64,000 nt of DNA. It comes from Lytechinus pictus. Lineage: Eukaryota. The notes under the pieces are model-generated. The model worked only from the letters and a program-made list of their open reading frames with translations. It had not been told where the DNA came from and searched no databases. The stretch is from contig NC_087252.1 of the NCBI RefSeq assembly GCF_037042905.1, positions 14,758,001 through 14,822,000 of the forward strand, given 5' to 3'. Position numbers and translations under genes: made by a program. Positions 38,955 through 51,480 of the stretch are shown here, in pieces (the stretch's first letter is position 1; every line of letters starts with the position of its first letter).

Positions 38955-39047
38955 TGACGGCTCAGTGGCAGAGCGCCCGCCTCATGCTGTCATGAACGGG
39001 AGGTTATGGTTCGATGGTTCGGTCCCGACCGAGTCATACCAAAGACG
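38955..39047 (+). mobile_element. SINE head fragment just past the caspase stop codon (antisense)
   Basis: ggctcagtggcagagcg...ggttcg...gagtcataccaaagac. Confidence 0.7.
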
Positions 39048-39052
39048 ACGCC

Positions 39053-39181
39053 TTACATTTGTGGAAACCCTGGATAAAAGAATAGTTTCTTATCCACTCC
39101 TTGTTTGATGACGGTGGGGCTCTGTGTGCCTTTTTTCAGTCCATATTCAACTGCTTCCAAGCCCCGGAGTTTCCTGGTTAC
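39053..39181 (-). CDS. Caspase-family gene, last exon (VTRKLRGLEAVEYGLKKGTQSPTVIKQGVDKKLFFYPGFPQM*)
   Basis: Acceptor ttttttttcacgtgatAG, phase 0; Q-x-P and KKLFFYPG are typical caspase p10 C-terminal motifs; TAA stop. Confidence 0.88.
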   Translation of the reverse strand, partial: VTRKLRGLEAVEYGLKKGTQSPTVIKQGVDKKLFFYPGFPQM

Positions 39182-39872
39182 CTATCACGTGAAAAAAAAT
39201 CATAATATAAATATAACATCAATATATATATGGTGTGTTTTCCTTCAGCAAGAAATTTACCCACATTGTGCTGCACTCAACCCGGGTGAGGTGAAGGGTG
39301 TGGGGGAGGGGTACCCAGCAGGATTAATAGAGGAAAATCCATGCTCGTTTATGACGACATAAAATGATAAACTTAAAATTTTAAGGAGTATTTTGATCAT
39401 TGATGATATGGAAATAAAGCCTGAATATAAATGAATGTTGTGGAATACAAACAATGGCAGACACAGAGCATCCGCCATGTACCCCCCACCCCCTGCAGGG
39501 AAAATATTTTTTTACAGGGGTTGTTGAAGTAAATAATATCATATCATGTTGGTTCGGAGAAATTTGACATGCAAAAAAATATTCACTATCAAAACAAGTC
39601 CCAAAAGATTTGACAAGCAAAACATAAATAACGTTAAGCTACAAAATGTAAAAGTAGGTTATTTCATTCTTATCTCTAAATTTTGCCACACCTAGATACA
39701 GGAACCACATGGGGTGCTCTCCCTGCTTGTTAACTGTTTCATGGCATAAACCTTCATTCAGGAGTGAAGACACTTTTCTTGCTTGACCAATGTGACCTTC
39801 CCCCCTTGAGAATCTTGAATCAGTCAGTTACCATGGTTACTGAGTAGGGGGATTCATTAAAATGAAACTTAC

Positions 39873-39985
39873 CCTAAGCATTATGGTATCGAGATCTTCT
39901 AAGTCTCGATCTTCTGCATAGACCACTTCACACAATTTATCAACCAACCAGGAGCCGTGTTCATCAAAACTCCATGATACTTTTC
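39873..39985 (-). CDS. Caspase-family gene, penultimate exon (GKVSWSFDEHGSWLVDKLCEVVYAEDRDLEDLDTIMLR)
   Basis: Acceptor ctgtttccatacAG, donor GTAAGT, phase 1/0; G-x-VSW...GSW-x-x-x-x-LCEV p10 motif. Confidence 0.92.
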
Positions 39986-40028
39986 CTGTATGGAAACAGT
40001 ATCAATAAAATAGCAGCTGTAAATATTT

Positions 40029-41200
40029 GGCCCGAATTCACAAAGGTGGTTTTGAAAACCCACGGTTGAATCCATGGGTTATGCAGATTTCCTTTATAAA
40101 TTACGCTTGATTTAGGGCGTATCGCGCACATGTATATATATATAAAAAAAAAAGGTCCAATGCTGATGCGCGCTTCTTTCACAGTGCGCCAAATTGACGC
40201 CTGTTGCTATGGTTAGATAGCTATTTTATTCACGAGTCCACTGTTTGGAAGAGTGGACTCATGAATAAAAACAGTGGACTCCTGAATACAATAGCGTGGA
40301 TAACCACGGCAACAGGCGTAAATTTGGTGCACTGTGACAAAAGCACACATCAGCATTGAACATTTTGTTTTAATATACGCGGTAAAATAAGCGTAATTTA
40401 TACAGGAACTGTATATAAACCATGGACTCAACTGTGGGTTTTCAAAACCACCTTTTTTCGGGCCAAAAAGTTCACAATTTTTTGGCCCGAATTCACAAAG
40501 GTGGTTTTGAAAACCCACGGTTGAATCCATGGTTTATGCAGATTTCCTGTATAAAATACGCTCAATTTAGCGGGTATCTGGCGCATGTATAAAAATATCC
40601 AATGCTGATGCGCGATTCTTTCCAACAGTGCGCCAAATTGACGCCTGTTGCTATGGTTAGATACGCTATTTTATTCATGAGTCCACTCATAATAAATACA
40701 GTGGACTCATGAATAAAATAGCGTGGATAACCACGGCAACAGGCGTCAATATGTTCTTGGAACATAGGCCCAAATTCACAAATGTGGTTTTGAAAACCCA
40801 CGGATGAGTCCATGGTTTATGTAGATTTCCTTTATAAATTACGCTTATTTTACCGCGTATATTAAAAAAATGTCCAATGCAGATTCGTGCTTTTGTCTCA
40901 GTGCGCCAAATTGACGCCTGTTGCCGTGGTTATCCTCGCTATTTTATTCACGAGTCCACTGTTTTTATTCATTGGTCCACTCTTCAAACAGTGGACTCAT
41001 GAATAAAATAGCGTATCTAACCATGGTAACAGGCGTCAGTTACTCAGTTCGGCGCACTGTGACTAAAGCGCGCATCATCATTTGACACTTTTTATACATG
41101 CGTCCGATACGTGCTAAGTTAAGCGTGATTTATACAGGAAATATGCATAAACCATGGATTCAACCGAGGGTTTTCAGAACCACCTTTGTGAACTCCGGCC
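40029..41200. mobile_element. Tandem array of three palindromic GGCC-ended MITEs (Harbinger-like)
   Basis: ggcccgaattcacaaaggtggttttgaaaaccc-type ends at 40029, 40484 and 40768, with inverted ends at about 40464 and 41200. Confidence 0.85.
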
Positions 41201-41958
41201 TATGTTTCAGGGACATAATTATAGGCCTCACGGTGTATAATAACGTGACAAGAAATTTGCAAATATACATACGACGAACATAAGCAATAACCAATGCCTA
41301 GGATTATTTTCAGAAATTATGAAAGACGCTCCTCATATTTTGTTGTTTACAACATACCCGGGGGGCGGGGTAATTCCATTGACGAGTGGATACCAGGCGT
41401 GACCAAATAAACACGTACAGAATCTAATTTTCAAGATAGGGCACGTTACGTACGTATGTTACTATCTTATAAGCGACATGGGCTTATAATGCAACTCGCC
41501 GGGTAAGTTCGGGAAAAAGTGTTCTATTGCAAATATAATATACGCGCGCACACTGAATGGGGAGTTTGTGCGAGAAAATGAAAATCAGATATGTACACGG
41601 TATCATCATCAGTTCTATACACGGTACCATCAATTTTCCATAAAATACGTGAGTATTATTGAAAGAATCGCACTATATCAGTTATGTAAAATTAGGGAGT
41701 AATTTTACATTTGTGGGCATGAATTTATACAATCTAATGCACTTCATTCGATATTTGTATGTAATAATATCGCCAATAAATATTGTGGTGATTGCTTTGA
41801 ATACTCTTGACTTGTCTTGGCTGCTCTATCTGTCTATTGCTAGTAGTGCGGTGTGACGCTGACCGTGCATGCGGATAGTTCCGGGGAATGACCAACCTGA
41901 ATTTTGTAAAAAAAAGTAATAGTGAGATGGTGCACCCGTGATACATGACAATTCAGGC

Positions 41959-43754
41959 TTTTTATGCCCCTGCAGACGAAGTCCGGAGGGGCATTAAGCG
42001 TTGCCCTTGTCCGTCCGTCTGTCTGCCCCCACTTGGTTTCCGAGAAATAACTTGAAAAATATTTAATGAATTTAAATAAAAATGTTGGTGTGTAGGTACA
42101 TGACACCAAAATACAGGCTAAGTTTAAATACAGAATCCATATGTAGGTCAAAGGTAACAGCTCATTAGATATGCGAGTTGGTTTCCGCACAATAACTTGC
42201 AAAAATATTTAATGGATTTTAAAAATATTTGGTGTGTAGGTAGATGACACCAAAACACAGGATAAGATCAAATTCGGAGTCCGCAGGTGAAAGGTCAAGT
42301 TGGTTTCCGCGTAATAACTCGAAAAATATTTGATAGATTTTAAAAGTTGTTGATGTGTAGGTAGATGACACCAAAATAGAGGCTAAGTTTGAATTCGGAA
42401 TCCGCATGCCAAAGGTCACAGCTAATTAATTATGCAAGTTGGTTTCCGCGTTATAATTCGAAAAATATCCAATGGATTTAGAAAAAATGTAGTGTGTAGG
42501 TATATGACTCCGAAATACAGACTAAGTTCGAATTTGGAGCCCGTAGGTCAACGGTCACAGCTCATTAAATATGCGAGTTGATTTCCGCACAATAACTCGA
42601 AAATATCTAATTAAATGGGCTAAAAAATAAAATTGGTATGGGCTACATGGCACCAAAAAAAGGCACCATAAAAAAAAAGTTTGAATTCGGAGTCTGGTTT
42701 TCAAAGGTCACATCTCATTAAATATACAACAGATTGAACCCTATCTCGGCCGGGGTATGTTTTGGAGTTCATATGGCCGGGGGGGGGGTGCGCCTCCCAG
42801 GCCCTCCCCCTTAAGATCTCAACCGCGCAATCGCGCCGAAAACTGGCACACAGGTTTGTCTAGGACATTATCTACAAAATTGTATAGTGACTATCTCATG
42901 AGAATTGCTGTTAAGTGATAATGCTAATTTATGCGTAATTAGTATGCGAAATCCTACTTTTTCCCCCAACTCCCTAAATAAAGCTTCAAATTTTCAAATT
43001 TTTGGTGTAGAAACTGTTTGTGGTGTTCTTAGCAAGTGTACATAAACAAAATTGCGATATCAATTCATTTTCTTATGTATTATATTGTTATTTCTTATGT
43101 ATTTTTTTTAACTTTTTGTTTTTCACTGTTTATTCAATGAAATTAGTTGGGGACTCTTCTGAGATCATTAAAAACATAAAATAAATACATTTAGATCGGA
43201 AAAACTATAACTAATCATACATTTATGATTTTTGGTTGAAAACACAATTTGTATTGACTTTGTACACAAAATCATGTTTTCAAGCAATTTTTGGTCTGAT
43301 GTGCACTTACATAATGCTGCGTAATTTTAAAACCACTTACCCAGGTGATACAAAATTGGTCTCAAAAGTTGCGCAAGACTTGAAAGTAAAAAGTCAGTGA
43401 GCGATGCGGTCAAAATATTTCGCAAGGCAAAAATATTCCATGAATCGTTGAGGGGGCCTCCGAGGCTCCCCCGGCCTAGATAGGGTTAAAAAATGTTGGG
43501 TGTGTAGGTAGATGACACCAAATACAGGCTAAGTTCAAATTCGGAGTCCAAAGTTCAAAGGTCACAGCTCATTATATATGCGAGTTGGTTCAAAGGGTCT
43601 CAATTTGTTTATATGTTAATGTTATGTTTATATGTTATATTGTTAATTATTTATATGCATATTGGTTTCTGAACGATATTAAGTTCAATCTTATTGCATG
43701 AATTTCTGATCGCGTTAAACTGGGGCATCTTTGTTCTATTGAACACGTCAAGTT
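41959..43754 (-). mobile_element. Helentron/HINE-like non-autonomous element with about 120-bp internal repeats
   Basis: T-rich end + atgcccc...ggggcat hairpin + (gtcc)n; matching ggggcat near the far end, ends agtt. Confidence 0.65.
42739..43485. mobile_element. piggyBac-like MITE nested in the HINE
   Basis: tgaa|ccctatctcggccgggg...ccccggcctagataggg|ttaa. Confidence 0.8.
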
Positions 43755-44376
43755 TAATTTACTTAACCGAAGGTTAAATTTTTGAAATGACATCACTGAT
43801 AACTTAAAAAGTATATGAACATAGATAATGAAACTTAGACTTAACGTTAATCAAGTATTACTGAACATCCTGCCTGAGTTTTAAGTCGAATGACCAAGGT
43901 CAGAGGTCATTTAGGGTCAATTCACATATAACATGTGTCATGAAAGAAAATTAATGCCATTATAATGTTTCAGTTAGAGTTTAAACATGGGGGGGGAATC
44001 AACATCAAATTTTTAACCAAAGGTTAAGCTTTTAAAATGTCATCATAACAAATATAAAATATATTGACCTAGTTCATTAAACTTTGTCATAAGTTTAAAC
44101 AATTATTAAGAAACATCGTGCCAGAGTTTCAAGTCACATGGTCAAGGTCAAAGGTCATTTAGGGTCAATGAACTTTGGCCAAGTTGGGGGTATCTGTTAA
44201 ATTACCATCATAACTTCAATGGATCTGATTCATGAAACTTAGACATAAGAGGAATCAAGTATTACTGAACATCTTGCTGGAGTTTCAAGTAACATGGCCA
44301 AGGTCAAAGGTCATTAAGAGTCAATGAACTTAGACCATTTTGGGGAATCAACATCAAAATCTTAACATAAGGTTAA

Positions 44377-44771
44377 AGAGAAATGCCAGTAATTGCAGTA
44401 AACACTGATTTCATGAGAAAGTCTGTAAAACAAGGCTTAATTGTCAGTATATCATCGAGGATCTATATCTGGTACAGTTACATAAACTGAACTTTGTGAA
44501 ATCTTGAAATCTACGCTGAAAAATGTTCACACTGAAGATCGCCAACACAGATAAGCGCACGTTGGACAGTGTATAATCATTGTTTTGAATGTCGTTCCCG
44601 ACGCTTGACCCGAATCCTGTGCTTTTTTGCTGATTTCTCAGCAATTACACAATTTCTTCCAGAATCCTTTGGCACATATGTTTTATTTATACGAACAGAC
44701 ACTTTGGTGGTCATTTCATTGGATTCTGTACGAACTCATTTCGATATCGTTACCAAAACTAGCATTTACCT
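44377..44771. mobile_element. Kolobok-like MITE (nested)
   Basis: ttaa|agagaaatgccagt...actagcatttacct|ttaa. Confidence 0.8.
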
Positions 44772-45337
44772 TTAAGTTTTTGAAATTTCATCATAACTTC
44801 AAAAGAATTTGGGCCTAGTTCATGAAACTTGGTCATAAAGGTAATTCAGTATTCCTAAACATACTGATGAAATTTCAAATCACGTGACTAAGGTCAAAGG
44901 TTATTCAAGGTCAATGAACTTTGACCAAGTTGGGGGTATTTGTTGAATTACCTTCATAACTTATAAATTTTATTGGTCTAGTTCATAAAACTTGGACATA
45001 AGCGTAATCAAGTGTCCCTGAACATTCTGTGCGAATTTCAGGTCACATGACATAAGTCAATGGACTTTGGCAATGTTGGGGGCATTTGTTGAATAACCAT
45101 CATAGCTCTGAAAGTGTTTGGATCGAGTTCATAAAACTGGGCCACAAGAGTAATCAAGTATCACTGAACATCTCATACGAGTGTCGGGTCACATGAATAA
45201 AGTCAAAGGTCAATTAAGGTCAACGAACTTTGGCCATTTGGAGGTAATTATTACATTGCTGTCCCGACGTTCAAAGTATCTATATAGTTCATAAAATGTG
45301 GATATAGGGGTAATCAAGTGTCACTGACAAGTCTAAT

Positions 45338-48300
45338 GGGGCGTTGCAAGAAAGTTACGTTGCAATTGATTGCAAATCGACTGCAACTTTGCAGCCGATC
45401 CCGATTGACTGCAACTAGCAATCAATCGCCAATTTGCGTTGCAAGAAAACGGCTTGCGATTGAACGCAAGTTGCAGCTGATTTCCAGCTGTAAACAGGGT
45501 CTGCAGCACAAGACTAGCCGAAAAAGCAAAATATTGGCCTGCAACAATCTTGAACCTGGAAGAGAGTAAGTAGAAAATATTCATTTTTCAGACAATTCTT
45601 TCTCCATTATGTATGTTTTCAGAGAATTTATATATTTTAGACCTATGCCAGAGGAAAAATTATTTTGAAAAGAGTGAAAATGTATTTTCATCGCCGGTCG
45701 AAATTTCACCTTCAACAAATTTTCTACTGCACACTTTTAATCCCAGTCCCACACTTGACTTTTTGTGTCGGTAATGCACGGTTGTATCAACAACACGGCA
45801 GGTCATTGCCGGTGCAGTGAGCGCTGTTAAAAATCTCCCTGAAGCAAGTAATTGTACTGTAGGCTCTAATTATGTATGAAACATCGAAAATGACCTTTAA
45901 AGATAATTTTTGTTCCTATTGGAAATGATTTTTAAGTTATCTCGGTTTCAACGGCGAATAGCCATCCAGTAAATAGAAATTAAAGACTTAAAAAATTCCA
46001 TTAGTTTACCTTCTATTTTATCCTCTCCATTTGTCACTTAAGAGTCTGTCTAACGTTAACCTTCCTTTTTAGGAATTTCCTTGGCCTGGCCTGGGATAAA
46101 GTGAAAATTTTGCTGTTTCGACTTTTGTCTTTGGAGGATTAAAAAAAAAATTATTAGGGGCCTATTTATTTATTCTTATTTTTTTTTTTTTTTTTTTTTG
46201 GGGGGGGGGGTTCTCCAGACTCCACATATCTCGCCAGACTAGAAAAAAAAAAAAAAGTATAGGGGGTCTACATGTATTGGGCTTTTCAGAATCTATTATT
46301 GGCCACATCTGCCTCATTCTTGGGGAAGTTTTAACATTGAATAGGGAGTTGCCCGCCCGGGGCTCTTTTTAAAATTTCTTACGGGCAGATTGCACAAGAG
46401 TTCTTTGCAAGGGCAGTCTATTTGTGTCGTTGATATGTAATGATGTGCCGTATGAGTCACATTTTTAATATCCATCACATATAAATATAAAAAGATATAC
46501 ATGTAAGCCTAAATACATCTATTTTTTAGATTCAATATGTATTGTAGGTCTACTATGCCGGGGGGGGGGGGAGGTACTTAGATTTGGTTTGGACAAAGGT
46601 GTGCGGCTGAAGGTTTGAAACCCGTACCCATATTTACAGGTAATTTTGGCTAAAAAGGGGCCCATTATTGGGGATTCATTACAGGGGCGGATCCAGAATT
46701 TCCAAAAGGGGGGGGGGGCACATTTTCGCCTGGAAAACTTGACAAGCAAAAAAAAAAAGAAAAAGGTTATCGCCCAAAATGTAAGGTAATTTTGTATTTG
46801 CACCTAAGACATTGGAGTAGAATATGGACCCATGTTTAAGGCCAGTATCTAAAAATTGGGCCATGTTTAGGGATTTTCCAGCATAAATCCATACCCCATG
46901 TTTAGGGATTTCTTCCAAAAAGGCGACCCATTCCAGCGGCACATCCCCATATGCATTATTTCGTGAGTAACCCCCCCCCCCCCCGGGCTACTATGTAACT
47001 GACTCTAGTCTTAACTTGATTTTTATGCAAGCACATGAGGTGCTATATAGATGACATATTTTTTTTTTCACTTCAAATTATTTAATGGATGATTACAATG
47101 CTTTTCCAGGTGCTTACAGTAAAAGGGTGTCTCATTTGGTGCATCATTATTAATATTGAATGCATAATCATAATTTTTTTTTACATCCTTTTACATCAAG
47201 CACAATACTCGGGGGGGGGGGGCATATGGTCCCCCTTTACATTTTCAGAATAAATCTGCACTCAAAATTGTATTACCGCACCATTGACTGACGTTTTACT
47301 TTCAAGTCTCACTCAACTTTTGAGACCAAATTTGCAATTCCCAGGTACAGGGTCAGGAAATTTTGCAACATTGTGTTTGTTTAAGTACATGTCAGACAAA
47401 AACATGATTACATGTAAAAAGTCATTATTCATAATTGGGTAATTTTTTTATTGACAATAGTAATTAAATGTCACTGATGAACTTTGTGTTGAAAATAACA
47501 ATTAAAAGAAATACATTTAAGAAGTTAAGAAAAAATATTTAAAAAAAACATGAAAGGAATTTATTTTTATTCCAGATTTTTTTAAAGTAAAGTTGTTAGG
47601 AATGCTCTAGAAAGGCATATCTACACCAAAGTTTAGCATTCTATTACGAGCTTTTTTTTAGTAAATTAAAGCGAAAGGTATGATTTCATATTTTTTTTAA
47701 TTGCACCGCCCATGGATGAGGAACCATAGTGCCCCTCCCCAGGCCAGAAGTGACTTTAATCAAAACACCCTGGGACTACTGTAATGATTAACACCCTGGC
47801 AACTGAGCTTAACTTGTATATTAATTTCATGAACATGTTTTATCTCTTTGCTTTTTGCTTTTAATTGCTTACTACAGTTATGATGACAAAGAAGTCTGGA
47901 ATAAACAAGAAACCTCCGAACCACCATAACTGTGTCTGCTACAATGTGTGTTCTTGCAACCAGCTGATTGATTCATTTTATCAACTCTCAAATGGTAGGT
48001 TACATGTAAACTGTATTATTAATAATTCACCATGATCGTAATGCGGATGGGGGTGAAATCTGTACACATTAACCCAAGGATAATGCAAAATGAAAAAGGC
48101 AAATACAAATCTCTATCTTGACTTGGACTTCTCAGCAATGAAGACACCCCCATTGATGTGGGGGGGGGGGGAGGAGGAGGGGGTGGTTGTTGTGCTCATC
48201 CAATGTGTACTGTATGAAATTGTGAATTTTGCTTTCATTGATTTAATTTATTGCATATTTTAATTTCCATGATTCATTTATTTGGGGAAAAAACAATCAG

Positions 48301-49987
48301 TTTTCACACTTTTTTAGATTACATCATGGCAAATTGCCAATTATTATGGTCTCAGGAGTAAGCCACTATCCCTCTATCATATCATCTTGTCATTGCAAAA
48401 AACGCCCTTACCAGCAGGCATAGGGGCATTTCTGCACTGATGGGGTGCACAAAAATGTTTTGCTAAGGGCGTTCTTGCACTGAAAGGAAACAAATTTGAA
48501 CTAACCCAAGCTATGCATGGTTATGGGCTTGCATTATTTCCTATATTATTATTTTTTTACGAACAGGTTGATTATCAGAACTGAATTCAGAGCTGCTCCT
48601 GTCTGTAGTAACATCTTATTAGAGTGGACTTCAGAATGAGGGTGTTGCTGGTTTAAAAACTTCACTCCATGGAGCTCTCCATATTCATCTCAAATTAGAC
48701 TGCTTCTGGAAACCAAATTTGTTCCTTCAAGCAGAGAAGCTTGTGGCTTTCCTGACTGGACTTCTATGGATTCTTCTTGCCAACATTAAGGACTGTGGGC
48801 TGACATTCAGTGGTAAAACACTTGATGAAGATGATATGAATTTTTATTTGATATAAATGAATCTCAGAAGTAATTCCTCAGGAGTAAGAAACAATGAAAA
48901 TTAAAAATAAAAGGTCCATCAATAATGAATGTCTTGAGCAGTGTTCTTTTTGTGCACAGATCAATGGATCTTTTCATTTCCAAGCAGGGATGTAGTCAAT
49001 GCTGACCTCGAGACAACATTTTGCTGGCCTTGGTCCGAGTCACTGCACAGAATCTATGGGAAGTTCTCTCAAGCTGCCTCATGACTCGGAAGAATCAGCC
49101 TCGACCTCATCCCTGTATGCAAGTGTGATATATATCTACCATGCAATCTCATGATTAAAGAGAGAGAAACAAGAGAGCTTCAGATTTTGAAGTGTAGCAA
49201 TCTCCTGAAATGTATGTTTTATTTGAAAATCAAACTAAAATAACTTAATTGGGCATGTTATTCATTATGATATTTATGAATGAAAGCATTGAAGCAGTTT
49301 GGTGCTCTTGCAAAACAAATTCTGAGTTGTATTTACTGCAAACCCTCAGAAATGTTGATAAGCATTTGCCAGTGCATGAAGTGTTTTAATGAAGAGTGGC
49401 TTTTTTGTGGAGAATTAATATTCCTTCAATATTTTTTCATACAAATTATTTCAGAAATCACAATTTGAATATTCCATGACCTCTGATAACAAGAGCAGAA
49501 TATTTTTGGTGATTGACACACTTTAAAATGATATTAGGAGAGAATGTAGTGAAATTGTGTGAAAATAATGGCATAATTTCTGAAGAGGCCTATAAAGATT
49601 GAAAATAACATTATTTCAAGTTTTTCTTGAAAAAAACCCATGGAAAATTGAAAATGGCATAATTTACACAAGTTTTCAAAACCAAATACAAAAAAAAAAT
49701 TGTTTGCAGAATTTTTAGTACACAAGCCTATGGACAATCAATTGAACGTAAATCGAACGCAAATTTTGCGCATCCTCCAAAATCTCACATAAGTTACGTT
49801 CGATTTGCAATCAATTGCAAAGCTTGCGCTTGATCTACGTTCAATTGATCAAACGCAACTTCTTCTTGCAACAGGATTGAACGTAACTTGCGTTCAATTG
49901 CAGATTTGCGTTTAATCGGAGGACTTACGCTCAATTTTGGGAGTTACGTTCGATTTGCGTTCAATCGCAAGTTTCTTGCAACACCCC
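45338..49987. mobile_element. 4.65-kb TIR DNA transposon (PIF/Harbinger-like), coding capacity decayed
   Basis: ggggcgttgcaagaaa / tttcttgcaacacccc TIRs with repeated subterminal ttgcg/caatc motifs; host repeat resumes on both sides. Confidence 0.8.
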
Positions 49988-50989
49988 ATTAGGTTGCATG
50001 ATCAAGGTCAGATGTCATTTATTGTCAATGAACATATATTGTATCATTATGTAAATGGTGTTTTTTTATGAATAATCATGTTATAGTAGTTTTCAAAGTC
50101 AGCTCTGCTGCTACATTGAATCGCATGATGCGGGTGGGACTGCCAGAGGCGCTCCACTTGTTCTACTCTAATCTCGATATGCTCTTCAAATCATGAAGAA
50201 ATTAATGAGCAATATAAGTATATTTAAACGCTTTTCATTTGCTTTCATCCAACATGCAGATTTAAGTTATTTGAACAAGGCATTGTTTATGACTGGAACA
50301 TGAAAAAGGCAAGCAATGCAGGGGAAGTAAATTATCTCTTATGGTGAACTCCGTGGACATCCCTATACGTTTTCAGATGCCCCCAGTTAAGTCAACAGTC
50401 TAACTTTCCGAGGAGAAGGAAGAGGACCTATGGAAAGATATCCGCCCATTTTTTTATCAGGCAAAGTTAGATCTCTTAGCACCGCGGCCTTCCTGATTGT
50501 GGGAGGTAATGGAACAGCAATTACATGCATTGTTCCTGATTGAACGAAGAAAGTCAAAGAATTGTAAAAAAAATAACTTTAACTTAGTATCGTTTGCTGA
50601 GCCATCGAAAGGATGTCATCGCATTGTGGAAAGGTTGCTGCTTTGTCAAAAAGTGTGTTAAAGGCACACACCTATGTGGGAATGTGTGTTATACAGTGCG
50701 TATAAAAAAAAAATTACACTTGCAGTTTAGCCCTGGATAGATATACAACATGTGGGTAATTTTTTCACCTATATTCTTGGGTTTGGGTCTCATCTATCCA
50801 ATGAAAGTAAAACAATTTACAGAATATTATACTTGAGTGAGCACTGTCCATTTTTGTAAAGCTCGCAGAAATCTGTTTGCACAGAAATGCTCGTTTTCAT
50901 GCTGTGTCAAGGTGAAAAGGCGAAAATTAAACTTACCCTTTGAAACATTTCTCATATATTTCCCTTGTATTTTAATCTTTGTGAAAAAC

Positions 50990-51245
50990 CCCTGACCTTA
51001 TAGTGTAACCTGTCTTAAAGTGTAACATGGCCTTGTAATGTAGCCTGGCCTTGCAATGTAACCCAACATTTAAGAGTAACCTGGCTTTGATAGGCTTTAC
51101 AGTGTGATACCTGTGCTTATTGTGTAACCTGGCCTTATAGTTGAACCTGCTTTAAAGAGTTACCTTCTTTAAACAGTAATCTTGCTTTAAAGTGTAACTT
51201 TCCTTAAAAATATATCCTAATCTTTTAGTGTAATCTGGGCATAGT
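50990..51245 (+). repeat. About 20-bp minisatellite
   Basis: (gtgtaacctggccttatag)-like units. Confidence 0.8.
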
Positions 51246-51321
51246 TAGCCTGCTAGCATGCAGTATAAAAGACATTGTCTCATTGGTCAGATCAAGCTGA
51301 GAGGACGCGCACTACTGCGTA

Positions 51322-51480
51322 CGATATTAAAGCAATATTGACTGGCCTCGGGGCGATACGGCATATATCGCCCAAACTAGATTTATATCGCCCGAGTCGT
51401 AGACGAGGGGGATATCAATTTTTTAGTGAGGGCGATATATTTCCTTTCGCCCCCAGGCCAGTCAATATTGCTGTTATTAA
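51322..51480. mobile_element. Palindromic MITE arm pair
   Basis: gcaatattgactggcctcggggcga / tcgcccccaggccagtcaatattgc. Confidence 0.7.

Larger units (their letters stand above)
43755..50162 (-). mobile_element. HINE-like element (same family as 54599-55553) split by nested insertions
   Basis: About 130-bp aggtcaaaggtca repeats at 43755-45335 resume at 49990; end ...gaggcgctccacttgtt. Confidence 0.75.

Noticed and set aside
40213..40813. ACCRG motifs resembling the caspase QACRG, inside the caspase gene
   Set aside because: They lie in palindromic MITE copies, downstream of the linker exon, with no surrounding p20 homology
41590..41632. DGTVYRTDDDTVYI resembling caspase p20 IYGTDG
   Set aside because: Arises from a short tandem duplication, the frame stops soon after, and the position is wrong relative to exon order
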